DNA from: Barthelona sp. PCE
Taxonomy: Eukaryota
Length of the DNA: 64,000 nt
Direction: 5' to 3'
Assembly: GCA_040285745.1 (NCBI GenBank)
Contig: JAUFOR010000003.1
Coordinates: forward strand, 930,001-994,000
The position numbers and the translations under genes are program-made. A model generated the notes under the pieces. The model did no database searches, was not told where the DNA came from, and saw only the letters and a list, made by a program, of their open reading frames with translations. Of the stretch, positions 20,870-31,433 are shown one piece after another (position 1 is the first letter of the stretch; every line of letters begins with the position of its first letter).

Positions 20870-22690
20870 TCATAATTTTATTTTCATTTTTTGCTTAAAA
20901 TGACCAAAAGAAGAAAATATGGATGATATCTCACAACTTGAAAGAAACTCAACTGCACTAACAACTCTTTTCTCTTCCTTGAAACAATAATCATAATAGT
21001 CAAACGAATAAATACTAAACTCCATAATCAACTCCTCCTTTTTCACACTAAAATCAACAAAAACTCCTGGTTTGGGCGAATAAATGTTACTTTTAATATT
21101 TGGCATGCTCCATCTTCCAATTACTTCATTGTTATCAAACTCATATACCCTATCTTTGCAAAAAATCATGCTTTGATCAATAAAGCATGGGATACCTTGT
21201 TTAAAGTTGTCTTTCAGGAACTTAAAGCAGTCCGTATCTGGTTCATAACGAACAAAAAAACAATCGTTGTTGGAAAAAACCCAACACTCATGTTCACAAT
21301 AGGGATTATGAACAACTCTAATTTTTTTTGAAAAAATTTGTTCTTTTGCTTTGATAACTATTCCTGATCTGTCAAACTTGAACATTATCAATACTGTGTT
21401 ATTACTAACAAACCAAAGACTATTTCCCACAATGCAAAGGTCATGAATACTATCTTTTACGAACATCCAGCCATTTATCAAACAGTGTGTTTGCCCCTTC
21501 CATGTATAAACAGCAGCATAATGCAGTTTGTTGAAGGATATCTTGTAATGAACATTGTTTTCCGGTTTCTGAAAACTTAAAACTTCAGATTCAGCATACA
21601 TCATAAAGCCATTTTTTTCCTCAGTTACAAATCCAGTGCACCACTCTTGTGCGGTATCATCGTAAAACCTATATTTGTCGTAAAAATAAGAATTATTGGT
21701 GGTTGATGGCTTTAAAAACGTCATTGAGTTATTCAAAACATCAAAAAATACAGGTAATCGCTCAAAATCATAGAATCTTGAGGTTTCCAGCTGAACAAAC
21801 GGTATGATATCGTTTAAAATAAACATATAATTTTTGCAACTTTTTTTAATTGCTTTAAAAGCAGAATGCCCTGTTTTTGCATCATAACTAGTAATATACA
21901 CCTCTCCGTTAAGTAATACAAAGTTCCAACGCTTAGCATTCCGTACCAAAACGTCAAAAACATAAGCTATTTGATCACCTGCATCCATATGTGAGCATAT
22001 TTTTCCATTATTGTAACTTTTCCCGTTCTTATATGTTATGAAACTATTATTTCCCGGTGTGCGATCAAGTGCATATACTTTGGTATCCTTTAAAGGATGA
22101 TTTTGAACAAAATAAGGAGTATGATTCTTGAAGGCAATTTTTTCAAGTTTGAAATTTGTTTTGCTGCTTCTAAAATGCACGTAAATCAAATACGCAATAT
22201 CATTTTGGACTAAATAATCGACATAACAAATGGAATCTTCCTCAGAAAACACTCTACTACATACAACTTCTGAAATATTTTCAAGGTTACGGATTTCAAT
22301 AGAAGTAATAACATTATCCACTTTAAATGTTGCCAATATAAACTTTTCATTCAACAAATATCCTGAAAAATGAAAAGGAAGATGATAACGTTCCAAAAAA
22401 ATGAAATATCCCTCATAGTTAAGTTCAAACAACTCTATTATGGATTCATGTTCACTAATATGCAGTTTTCGGAAAAATATTGAGAGTTCTAATAAAGTAG
22501 GCTTGAGAATACTATACTTTTCACTACTATTTTGTACAACCTCCATTGGTGGGTTCAATACGGTTTGATTGTGGTTCAATACAATATTACACATACTTTT
22601 GGTGTTTAAATCATCATTGGAGCTGGCAACAACTAATTCTTTTTTCTGAATAGCAAATGTGAAGGTATTGTGTGTTTCAGAAGGTGGCAT
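20870..22690 (-). CDS. hypothetical beta-rich protein (lineage-expanded family)
   Basis: 606 aa, AT-rich, with C-terminal VVSAVEFLSSCEI. Confidence 0.7.
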   Translation of the reverse strand: MPPSETHNTFTFAIQKKELVVASSNDDLNTKSMCNIVLNHNQTVLNPPMEVVQNSSEKYSILKPTLLELSIFFRKLHISEHESIIELFELNYEGYFIFLERYHLPFHFSGYLLNEKFILATFKVDNVITSIEIRNLENISEVVCSRVFSEEDSICYVDYLVQNDIAYLIYVHFRSSKTNFKLEKIAFKNHTPYFVQNHPLKDTKVYALDRTPGNNSFITYKNGKSYNNGKICSHMDAGDQIAYVFDVLVRNAKRWNFVLLNGEVYITSYDAKTGHSAFKAIKKSCKNYMFILNDIIPFVQLETSRFYDFERLPVFFDVLNNSMTFLKPSTTNNSYFYDKYRFYDDTAQEWCTGFVTEEKNGFMMYAESEVLSFQKPENNVHYKISFNKLHYAAVYTWKGQTHCLINGWMFVKDSIHDLCIVGNSLWFVSNNTVLIMFKFDRSGIVIKAKEQIFSKKIRVVHNPYCEHECWVFSNNDCFFVRYEPDTDCFKFLKDNFKQGIPCFIDQSMIFCKDRVYEFDNNEVIGRWSMPNIKSNIYSPKPGVFVDFSVKKEELIMEFSIYSFDYYDYCFKEEKRVVSAVEFLSSCEISSIFSSFGHFKQKMKIKL

Positions 22691-23447
22691 TTTTTATCAA
22701 AAAACAATTGTTATCAAAAAAATCACTAAACAACCCCGATACTGGAAAATTGGGAAAATGCATTAAAGAAATGTTTTAATTTCTAAAATATTCACATGAA
22801 AACCTAATATGTGAACATGGTAATATCTGATTGCGATGATTACTTATTTAAAGCACTCAAAAAGATGCCGGCGGTTATTTTTAATCTTGTACCTCACTAC
22901 ATTCCAATTTGAATCATGAATTTGGTACAACGAGAGGCACGATGCCTGGGAAAAGGTGTGAGAAAATAATCGTTCTTCGTTCTTAGTAGTAAGTTTTTTG
23001 TAAAAGATTTACGTGTGTGTGTGGTGAGTCAACATTCTCGTTTACACCCGTAGACATTTGAAAAACTAGTACCTATATGGTTAAAATACACTAATCATGC
23101 AACCATTAAACGTGAAAAATTAAAATACACACACATACGTTCTATTCCCCTAAATTATCTTATAATCTATTTATAAATGAATGTACATTAGTGGTATGGT
23201 CCAAATCAAGTTTATTTTAAACTAAGAACAATTATTAAATTTCTCAAAAAATGAAAACTAATTAGTAATTTTTAATCGATGGCGGGTCTCTACCGTTTGA
23301 TTACAACACTATTTTCAATATACTTAACCCTTAATTACGTGAGATGGACGAGAAAACCAACCGTAATTGTGAATAACCAATTTGATACTTGACACTTTCG
23401 TTGCAATATTTCCGTCAAACGACCAAAATACTCAAAATGGATGTTTG

Positions 23448-23470
23448 CTCCGGATAGCTCAGTCGGCAGA
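23448..23470 (+). pseudogene. 5' fragment (nt 1-23) of tRNA-Tyr with intact A box
   Basis: CTCCGGATAGCTCAGTCGGCAGA matches the start of the tRNA at 32715 at 21/23 positions and has the same upstream flank. Confidence 0.85.
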
Positions 23471-25024
23471 CTCTTCCTTTTCAAAAAGCTTTTGGTGGAG
23501 GGGTCCTGCTACTGTAAGTAATGCCCATAGAAAACTATGAACGATTAGTAAAGGATAGTAGGAGATTCTTTACAGAGGTCATGGTGCCGCATACGGGCTA
23601 CCATCTTCAGTTTGTAAGTCATACATCTCGTATTTCAATTACTAAGCAGCAGTACAACTAGAATAAATAGGAAAACTGGTAATAACACCAGCATATGTTC
23701 TATTCCATTCTCTGTTCAAAATCAACTGCAAGATCTTCCTAACAGGGATACGATTGTAATGTCATGCTTGTTTATCTTATTGTTATAGGATTACAAAATG
23801 TTTTCTGAAAAATATTTTTTCCTAATCCAAATCTTCCACCAACCTCAATATGAAGTGTAACCCATTGTATAAGGCCTGTCTCCTCATTTATAAAAAAGAA
23901 AATCAAAAATGATTAATTGCCTACTTCCAAAAAAAGTATAAATATTAGTAATTCCTGTATGAATCATTGGAAAGTTCAATTAAAAAATCTAAAACTTCAA
24001 TTACGTGCGCAGTATGCCCGTGTCACGAAAACCTGTGCTCGTCCACACTGAAACAGCCGATTTATATGCTTCAACAGCCACTGAGTTGTAGTCAAACAAG
24101 GTTGCACTGAATAAAAAATAACAGCCCAATGCCGTCCAAACTGTTGCCCTCTTCGCCAAAGTGCCCGTCCTCGCTGCTGTGATGCCCGTGGGGATTTTGA
24201 GTAATCCGTGAAAACGGTGATAAAACAAAATGCGAAATGTTCCCCGTTAAGATACCTGGGAACTGTTTCACGTTGTTGCATAAGAGCTTTTCCAAAGAAG
24301 AATATATAAAAAACTAAGGGAAAGAAGATGAAAAAACTGAAAACAGGGTTCTTACCTGTTATGACTAACGCATCTTTCCTCTGCTATTTTGTGTAAAACG
24401 TGCACATCGGCGGCCCCCGAACAACAGAATAGCTTGAAATACATAACCACGCATGCAGAAATGTTCTATGACCCATGACAGTAAAAGTGTCCTTTCGCAC
24501 GCATTTGGTGTGTAACCCGAGACATGATGCCCGATAAAGGTGTGTAAAAATATAAAAATACGTTCTTAGCAGTAAGTTTTTTGTAAAAGATTTACGTGTG
24601 TGCGGTGCTCGTTTACACCCGTAGACATTTGAAAAACTAGTACCTATATGGTTAAAATACACTAATCATGCAACCATTAAACGTGAAAAATTGAAATACA
24701 CACACATACGCTCTATTCCTCCAAATTATCTCACAATCTATTTGTGTATTGTATGAATGTACATTAGTGGTATGGCCCAAATCAAGTTTATTTTAAACAA
24801 AGAACAATTATAAAATTTCTCAAAAAAATTAATACTAATTAGTAATTTTTAACTAACTGTGGGTCTCTATCGTTTGATCACTCCACTATTTTCAACATAC
24901 TTAACCCCTAATTACATGAGATGGACGAGAAAACCAACCATAATTGTGAATAACCAATTTGATACTTGACACTTTCGTTGCAATATTTCCGTCAAACGAC
25001 CAAAATACTCAAAATGGAGGTTTG

Positions 25025-25047
25025 CTCCGGATAGCTCAGTCGGCAGA
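25025..25047 (+). pseudogene. second 5' fragment of tRNA-Tyr
   Basis: Identical 23-mer in repeat unit 2. Confidence 0.85.
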
Positions 25048-26410
25048 CTCTGCCTTTTCAAAAAGCTTTTGGTGGAGGGGTCCTGCTACTGTAAGTAATG
25101 CCCATAGATAACTATGAACGATTAGTAAAGGATAGTAGGAGATTCTTTACAGAGGTCATGGTGCCGCATACGGGCTACCATCTTCAGTTTGTAAGTCATA
25201 CATCTCGTATTTCAATTACTAAGCAGCAGTACAACTAGAATAAATAGGAAAACTAGTGATAACACCAGCATATGTTCTATTCCATTCTCTGTTCAAAATC
25301 AACTGCAAGATCTTCCTAACAGGGATACGATTGTAATGTCATGCTTGTTTATCTTATTGTTATAGGATTACAAAATGTTTTCTGAAAAATATTTTTTCCT
25401 AATCCAAATCTTCCACCAACCTCAATATGAAGTGTAACCCATTGTATAAGGCCTGTCTCCTCATTTATAAAAAAGAAAATCAAAAATGATTAATTGCCTA
25501 CTTCCAAAAAAAGTATAAATATTAGTAATTCCTGTACGAAACATTGGAAAGTTCAATTAAAAAATCTAAAACTTCAATTACGTGCGCAGTATGCCCGTGT
25601 CACGAAAACCTGTGCTCGTCCACACTGAAACAGCCGATTTATATGCTTCAACAGCCACTGAGTTGTAGTCAAACAAGGTTGCACTGAATAAAAAATAACA
25701 GCCCAATGCCGTCCAAACTGTTGCCCTCTTCGCCAAAGTGCCCGTCCTCGCTGCTGTGATGCCCGTGGGGATTTTGAGTAATCCGTGAAAACGGTGATAA
25801 AACAAAATGCGAAATGTTCCCCGTTAAGATACCTGGGAACTGTTTCACGTTGTTGCATAAGAGCTTTTCCAAAGAAGAATATATAAAAAACTAAGGGAAA
25901 GAAGATGAAAAAACTGAAAACAGGGTTCTTACCTGTTATGACTAACGCATCTTTCCTCTGCTATTTTGTGTAAAACGTGCACATCGGCGGCCCCCGAACA
26001 ACAGAATAGCTTGAAATACATAACCACGCATGCAGAAATGTTCTATGACCCATGACAGTAAAAGTGTCCTTTCGCACGCATTTGGTGTGTAACCCGAGAC
26101 ATGATGCCCGATAAAGGTGTGTAAAAATATAAAAATACGTTCTTAGCAGTAAGTTTTTTGTAAAAGATTTACGTGTGTGCGGTGCTCGTTTACACCCGTA
26201 GACATTTGAAAAACTAGTACCTATATGGTTAAAATACACTAATCATGCAACCATTAAACGTGAAAAATTGAAATACACACACATACGCTCTATTCCTCCA
26301 AATTATCTCACAATCTATTTGTGTATTGTATGAATGTACATTAGTGGTATGGCCCAAATCAAGTTTATTTTAAACAAAGAACAATTATAAAATTTCTCAA
26401 AAAACTAAAA

Positions 26411-26543
26411 TGATTCACCATAGTTCCTTCCCTTATATGCAGCGGTAGTAAAGCCTGAAACTTTGATGATTTACAGAGATCTAAGTTTGGGTATGGTGCC
26501 ACGAAGGGGTCACCGAGGTCGGTGTGCGGAAGTCCAAAAATCC
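26411..26543 (-). repeat. split direct repeat B2 (133 bp)
   Basis: Identical to 26686-26818. Confidence 0.95.
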
Positions 26544-26581
26544 GACTCTCGATACTAATAAATAGGTATAAAATATACAAA

Positions 26582-26685
26582 AGAAAATAGGAAACCTTGA
26601 TATAAGTGAACTAAGCAAATTCAACCCTGCTTCGTGTTCCATTCTCTAATTGTTCATCAATCTGGGATCTTGAGGATCGGTTGCA
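26582..26685 (-). repeat. split direct repeat A2 (104 bp)
   Basis: Identical to 32421-32524. Confidence 0.95.
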
Positions 26686-29600
26686 TGATTCACCATAGTT
26701 CCTTCCCTTATATGCAGCGGTAGTAAAGCCTGAAACTTTGATGATTTACAGAGATCTAAGTTTGGGTATGGTGCCACGAAGGGGTCACCGAGGTCGGTGT
26801 GCGGAAGTCCAAAAATCCATTCATAGAAACTTCCGTACTCCAACTCCAAACTATCGATACTCTGCGCCTGGTCCATCCTTGGTTTTATGTTCGACATGTA
26901 ATACTGATGGGCCGTAGTGGCTTTAGTGGACCACCTGCCATGTATAGAACTATCGTCCACGTTGAAATTTGCGTCTACAATGAATCCTGATCTCAGCGAG
27001 TGAGGTGTCAATCTCGCATATGTGTCAGAATTCTCCGGGATCAATCCTGTGCTCTCAAGCTTGGATTGTACCTCCGTCATGCAACCTTGTAATGACGCTA
27101 TGACCAGCTCCTGTTTGATTCCAGGGTGGTCTGGGTGGTGTTTTTCCGAGGTCTCAGTGATTCGGCTTTTAGTGTTGAACAGCGTGCCACGATCTTCCAA
27201 GTGATCCGTCGCTTGTTCCATCCAGTACAAGTAGGCAACTAACCAGTCGAGGCCTGGGGTGCCTTGGATGTCCTCGATGGGAACCAACCACATCTTGTTT
27301 TCAAATTGTGTTTTTGTTCTTCTAAACACAATTGTAAGCATTTCGCCACTCACAGCGATCTCATCGAGCCTTGTATGTGTGAAATCTGACTGTCTGCCTG
27401 CTGCCAGGTATGCAATGGCAACAAATGCTAACATAGTTAACAGTTCTTTGAAGTGGAATTCTGCATTATCTAGTGATGCCTGAATAATCTCCTTCTTCGT
27501 TGCTATGGCGTGTTGTATGACACGTTTAATGACCTCAGCAGTAGCTGCCATTCTAAATGTTCTGTCAGCCGAATCGTGCGTCGCGTGGTATTGTTGGATC
27601 ACGCGCCCAACCACCCACTTTTTATCATTTGTGCTTGTCTTGTGGTGATGATACACATACAAGAAGGTCTTGTGTAAGGACAAGAGTCTTGAGTAGTAAG
27701 ATTGGTGTGTTCCTTTCATTAAATCAGACACACCATCGTCTGTGTCCGTGAGGTACTGCTCACAGAACCAATCATTCCAGAGTTTTAAGTCACAGCACAC
27801 ATCATTCAGCTTTTCGTTGAACATGCTGGCATCCTGGGTAGTGATCAAATGAGTATGAATCTTCTTAAAGGTCTTCATCATACTGTTCACCGTACTCTTG
27901 CTGTACATCTTGGTTAGCTGATCCTTCAAATGGCCTCCAAATGGAACGGCAATCTTGCCAGGTGCGTCATGGCTCTTCTTCTGCAATGGCTTGTAACCGA
28001 GCTCTTGCGGGTCAATTATAATCTTGTACCCGGTGTAGCTGCCCATGTTATCCTGGATAGGTGATGTAGAGCATCGTGACCACATAGATGTGAATGGGAT
28101 CCTATATGGGGCAATAACAGTTATCTTGACGTTTCGACGGATAGCCTTAGTGCATAGAATCTCTAGGGCCTGGTCAGCCGGGACATCTAACGCATTGCAC
28201 ACCCACTTTTTGTAGTTGTGCTCTACGTTGAAGTATGTGGAGGGTAAGTCCTGTGCAGCACATTCTATCTTCGACATTGCTGGGATGTCGACACGATCAC
28301 CTTCGAAAGTAAATGCAGTGTTGGGGGCAGTGATATCGATGATATCGTCCTCCTTTAAGAATTCCGGTAGGGACGTGAGTGTAAACGCATCCAGGCTCTG
28401 ATTGTAATCAGGTAGTGGTAGTGTCTCGCCGTTCGGGTCAGACGCTCCGTATAACATCGCTGTATGGAACATGAGTTTAGACTTTCCTTTTGACGACTGA
28501 TCGGGCCTCTTCTTAAAAGGCCTGTGTGCAACTGGGACGTCCAGCGTACGCGGGACTGATTTTCGAATTCTGACTTTTTTCGCAGGTTGCATCATTCGGA
28601 TCTGATACATCTTGTGATCATTTGTGGTCGCGACACCTCGCGACAAGTAGTCTGCAGCAATGTTGATCTTGGATTGGACGTACATTAGGTTCATTCGAAT
28701 ATTGTACTTCTCAAACAATGCTAAGATGCTCTTGATGCACTGGTCGAGGACCATGTTCCTTGATCTGCCGGTTCTTAAACCGTATACCACGGCTGTGTTG
28801 TCGTTACCAATCAGGAAGTCTGAATTGGGGTTGAGGGGTGCTGCCGTCTTGACGATCGTATGCAACGCCTGTATCTCAGCGTGCATGATCATGTAACTCT
28901 CGCTCTCGTCGGGATCAAGCTCAAGTTCTCGAAGTAGGGTGCCTGGTTCTAGCGCTGCTTCCTTCAATTCGTTCAAGAATTCTCCATTACGTGAGGTGAA
29001 GCCTCCGTGTCCCTCACGGTGGCCGTTGAGACATGCATCCGACATAATGATGACATCCTCAGCGCGAACGTCGATCTCCCTGTTGGCGTTCCTGGTTAAG
29101 GACTCAAGCGCCTCGCGCATGATCTGCAGGTACTCAGGGCACAACTTCTGTGGGATGAGTGTGTTCTGAAGGTGTTTCTTACGGTAGCAAGGGATGCACT
29201 CTTGCTCAATCGGAGCTCGTATGCTGATCCGGACAGTATCTCTGATGATCTCCTGGATCCGTTCTGCATAACGTTTGAGTTTTGGACATGCAAACGATTT
29301 GGACTCAAGTTTGCCGGCTAAACTCATTGCATCTTCTAGGGATATGCTCCCTTCGAACTTAATCAAATGTTGAATGTGTTCTTGAACCACTTTAATCATG
29401 CCGCGACATTTGTCGTCTGCGATTCGCACTTTGGTGGCGTTTCCGCTATACGTGTCGAAGTGGTAACCCAACCAATTGATACGCTTGGTGGGTGTGAGGA
29501 CAGATTTGTCCATATTGATCTGGATACCCAATATGAAACATAAATACTGAATTGCGTGTACCGTTCTCCTGACTACCTCATAGTCTTTGCCATATATTAT

Positions 29601-31433
29601 GAAATCGTCAACATAAACTTCACAGCAACTGCCGCACTGGTTGACCAACGCTGCTATCATTGAAGAAACCGAATTTGAAATGTTGCCGGCTATCGACGAA
29701 CCAAACGGTGTGCGGGTGAATCGATAATACTCATCCTGATGTTTGAATACAAAGAACATCGACGTTGCTTCGTCCATCATATTGTGGTAGAACCATGATG
29801 ATAAGTCAATACTTGCCATATACGCATCACGTGGAATTAACTTCGCAATTCTTTCACCAGGCAGGGCCACCGGGAGCATGATGCTCGCGTCATGTGCTTC
29901 TGGTGCGTCCATGATAACTCTCCATTTTCCGTTATCCTTCGGGATAGCGAAGACATCATTCACAACGATTATGTCGTCCCTCTTGTCGTCAGGAACCCTT
30001 TCAACAAACGGTGCAACTGTGGCGAATGCTTCCTCCGCAACTTCAGGATCGAAAACCTTTGAACCCTCGAGTTTACGATTATGTTTGAGATATTCAACCA
30101 TTTCCGCGTCCAACCACCTGTTGGGAGACGTATCGATCACTCGGTCGTACACGACGTCAGGATCTGCGAACTCCAGTGCTCCAATCATATCTCGTAGCTT
30201 TTGGAGTTGTGGTGCAGACTCGAGGAAGTGGTCACTGCTTCTGATAGCCCACTTTTTCTCGTCTGTGAATGTGCGTATGTCAAACTGGCCGAATCTGTTA
30301 TTTCCAGATAGCCTAACTCTACGTGCGTGTGTATACAACTCAAAATGCATTTGTGTTTTTCCTTCGATGATATGTCTGACGGTAGACTCAATTAGTTTCT
30401 CTCTGTAAGACAACGTCGAATGCGGTTTTTCGACATTCATCTTGTAACCGTGGATAGATTTCTTCTCGCGGTGCTCGGGTAACTGCACTTCCAGTGTGTC
30501 CCTAGACTCGCTGCACGTGATGTTTTCGTTACTCCTGACTGCGTTGATCACCTTCTTCAAAGACTTTTCAGATAAGTCACACTCTGTGGTTGTCTCAACA
30601 CTCTCGTCCGTTGGCCGTTTTGATAGCTGTTCCAATATGGCCTTGTTAGACTCAATAATCGTGTCTAACTTCTTGCACTTGTCATCCTCGCGTTTCTCTT
30701 GTTTCTCACGCTTGGTGTGCTCATCCCATACCTCCTTCGCTTTGGGGGGGTCAGGGATCTTCTTGTCTATCTGCCGCTGTGTCTGTTGCAGATCTTCAAT
30801 GCAGGCAAGTAAGTATTCAAGCTGGTTGTCCTCTCGAGGTCCAACCACTCCAGTTAGTGATAATAACTTCTTGCCAGAGCCGTTATTGGCATCAATCGAT
30901 GTGCCAGCGGGCTCTTTGGCCTCAACCTTGCTGTCGTCAGCTTTTGAGGTCTTCTTTGGTGAGATGGTGCGCTTGTTTCGCTGTTTCCTCGCTCCAGATC
31001 TCTTCCCTGGTTCCCGTTTGCGTGTCTTCGTTTCTCCAACGGGATCCTTGGCCCCACCTTTGATATCAGGAGGACAACTGATCTCAGTATCTCCCTCTGG
31101 TGGGGGCTTGTCTCTCAAGACGACAACGCATTCGTTATCACGCGTCGTCTTGTCATCGTTACACCTTTCTGGAGGACTCCTTCCGGGATCGTCTCTCCCT
31201 GAACCATTACCGATGTAATCATATGTTACGAGGATCTTCTTGCCCTCGTGGTTCCACACGCCTGGAGGGGGTGGAACCTTTGGCGGTCGCTTTGTGTACC
31301 GCTGTTTGACGGTCGTTGAGCCGTTAACATTTCTACTTAGTCCATTCACAGCACCTGTGAGCTTCTCTAAAACATCAACAATCGAGTTCCCTTCTTTTAC
31401 AGTCCGAGGGGACTCATCAACGACCGCTCGTTT
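26646..31433 (-). CDS. retrotransposon pol: reverse transcriptase-RNase H-tyrosine recombinase fusion
   Basis: RT: FAIPKDNGKWRVIMD, IDLSSWFYH, TPFG, YVDD, WLGY. RNase H: SDAC, HAE, NDN, AADYLSR. YR: GRQSD, KT, HSLRSG, GRW, YY. The frame stays open up to the gag stop. Confidence 0.95.
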   Translation of the reverse strand, partial: KRAVVDESPRTVKEGNSIVDVLEKLTGAVNGLSRNVNGSTTVKQRYTKRPPKVPPPPGVWNHEGKKILVTYDYIGNGSGRDDPGRSPPERCNDDKTTRDNECVVVLRDKPPPEGDTEISCPPDIKGGAKDPVGETKTRKREPGKRSGARKQRNKRTISPKKTSKADDSKVEAKEPAGTSIDANNGSGKKLLSLTGVVGPREDNQLEYLLACIEDLQQTQRQIDKKIPDPPKAKEVWDEHTKREKQEKREDDKCKKLDTIIESNKAILEQLSKRPTDESVETTTECDLSEKSLKKVINAVRSNENITCSESRDTLEVQLPEHREKKSIHGYKMNVEKPHSTLSYREKLIESTVRHIIEGKTQMHFELYTHARRVRLSGNNRFGQFDIRTFTDEKKWAIRSSDHFLESAPQLQKLRDMIGALEFADPDVVYDRVIDTSPNRWLDAEMVEYLKHNRKLEGSKVFDPEVAEEAFATVAPFVERVPDDKRDDIIVVNDVFAIPKDNGKWRVIMDAPEAHDASIMLPVALPGERIAKLIPRDAYMASIDLSSWFYHNMMDEATSMFFVFKHQDEYYRFTRTPFGSSIAGNISNSVSSMIAALVNQCGSCCEVYVDDFIIYGKDYEVVRRTVHAIQYLCFILGIQINMDKSVLTPTKRINWLGYHFDTYSGNATKVRIADDKCRGMIKVVQEHIQHLIKFEGSISLEDAMSLAGKLESKSFACPKLKRYAERIQEIIRDTVRISIRAPIEQECIPCYRKKHLQNTLIPQKLCPEYLQIMREALESLTRNANREIDVRAEDVIIMSDACLNGHREGHGGFTSRNGEFLNELKEAALEPGTLLRELELDPDESESYMIMHAEIQALHTIVKTAAPLNPNSDFLIGNDNTAVVYGLRTGRSRNMVLDQCIKSILALFEKYNIRMNLMYVQSKINIAADYLSRGVATTNDHKMYQIRMMQPAKKVRIRKSVPRTLDVPVAHRPFKKRPDQSSKGKSKLMFHTAMLYGASDPNGETLPLPDYNQSLDAFTLTSLPEFLKEDDIIDITAPNTAFTFEGDRVDIPAMSKIECAAQDLPSTYFNVEHNYKKWVCNALDVPADQALEILCTKAIRRNVKITVIAPYRIPFTSMWSRCSTSPIQDNMGSYTGYKIIIDPQELGYKPLQKKSHDAPGKIAVPFGGHLKDQLTKMYSKSTVNSMMKTFKKIHTHLITTQDASMFNEKLNDVCCDLKLWNDWFCEQYLTDTDDGVSDLMKGTHQSYYSRLLSLHKTFLYVYHHHKTSTNDKKWVVGRVIQQYHATHDSADRTFRMAATAEVIKRVIQHAIATKKEIIQASLDNAEFHFKELLTMLAFVAIAYLAAGRQSDFTHTRLDEIAVSGEMLTIVFRRTKTQFENKMWLVPIEDIQGTPGLDWLVAYLYWMEQATDHLEDRGTLFNTKSRITETSEKHHPDHPGIKQELVIASLQGCMTEVQSKLESTGLIPENSDTYARLTPHSLRSGFIVDANFNVDDSSIHGRWSTKATTAHQYYMSNIKPRMDQAQSIDSLELEYGSFYEWIFGLPHTDLGDPFVAPYPNLDLCKSSKFQALLPLHIREGTMVNHATDPQDPRLMNN
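26686..26818 (-). repeat. split direct repeat B1 (133 bp)
   Basis: Identical to 26411-26543. It abuts A2, recreating the circle junction GGTTGCA|TGATTC. Confidence 0.95.

Larger units (their letters stand above)
22978..26410. repeat. 1577-bp tandem repeat: unit 1 ~22978-24560, unit 2 24561-26137, unit 3 26138-26410 continuing at 32525
   Basis: Near-identical sequence at an offset of 1577 bp (e.g. identical ORFs at 23997 and 25574). Weaker homology extends left to about 22921. Confidence 0.95.

Noticed and set aside
23570-23605. ACAGAG as a U6 snRNA box
   Set aside because: No AGC triad or U6 ISL follows it.
23997-26239. Short duplicated ORFs within the tandem repeat
   Set aside because: They are short, overlap in several frames and have no motifs. 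Their identity simply reflects the recent duplication.
26365-26580. 71-aa ORF sharing sequence with the pol C-terminus
   Set aside because: It is only the B2 repeat read in the same frame.
31380-31420. SECIS-like ATGA...AAA...GA downstream of the gag UGA
   Set aside because: The stem register uses up the GA and does not form the tandem G.A quartet.
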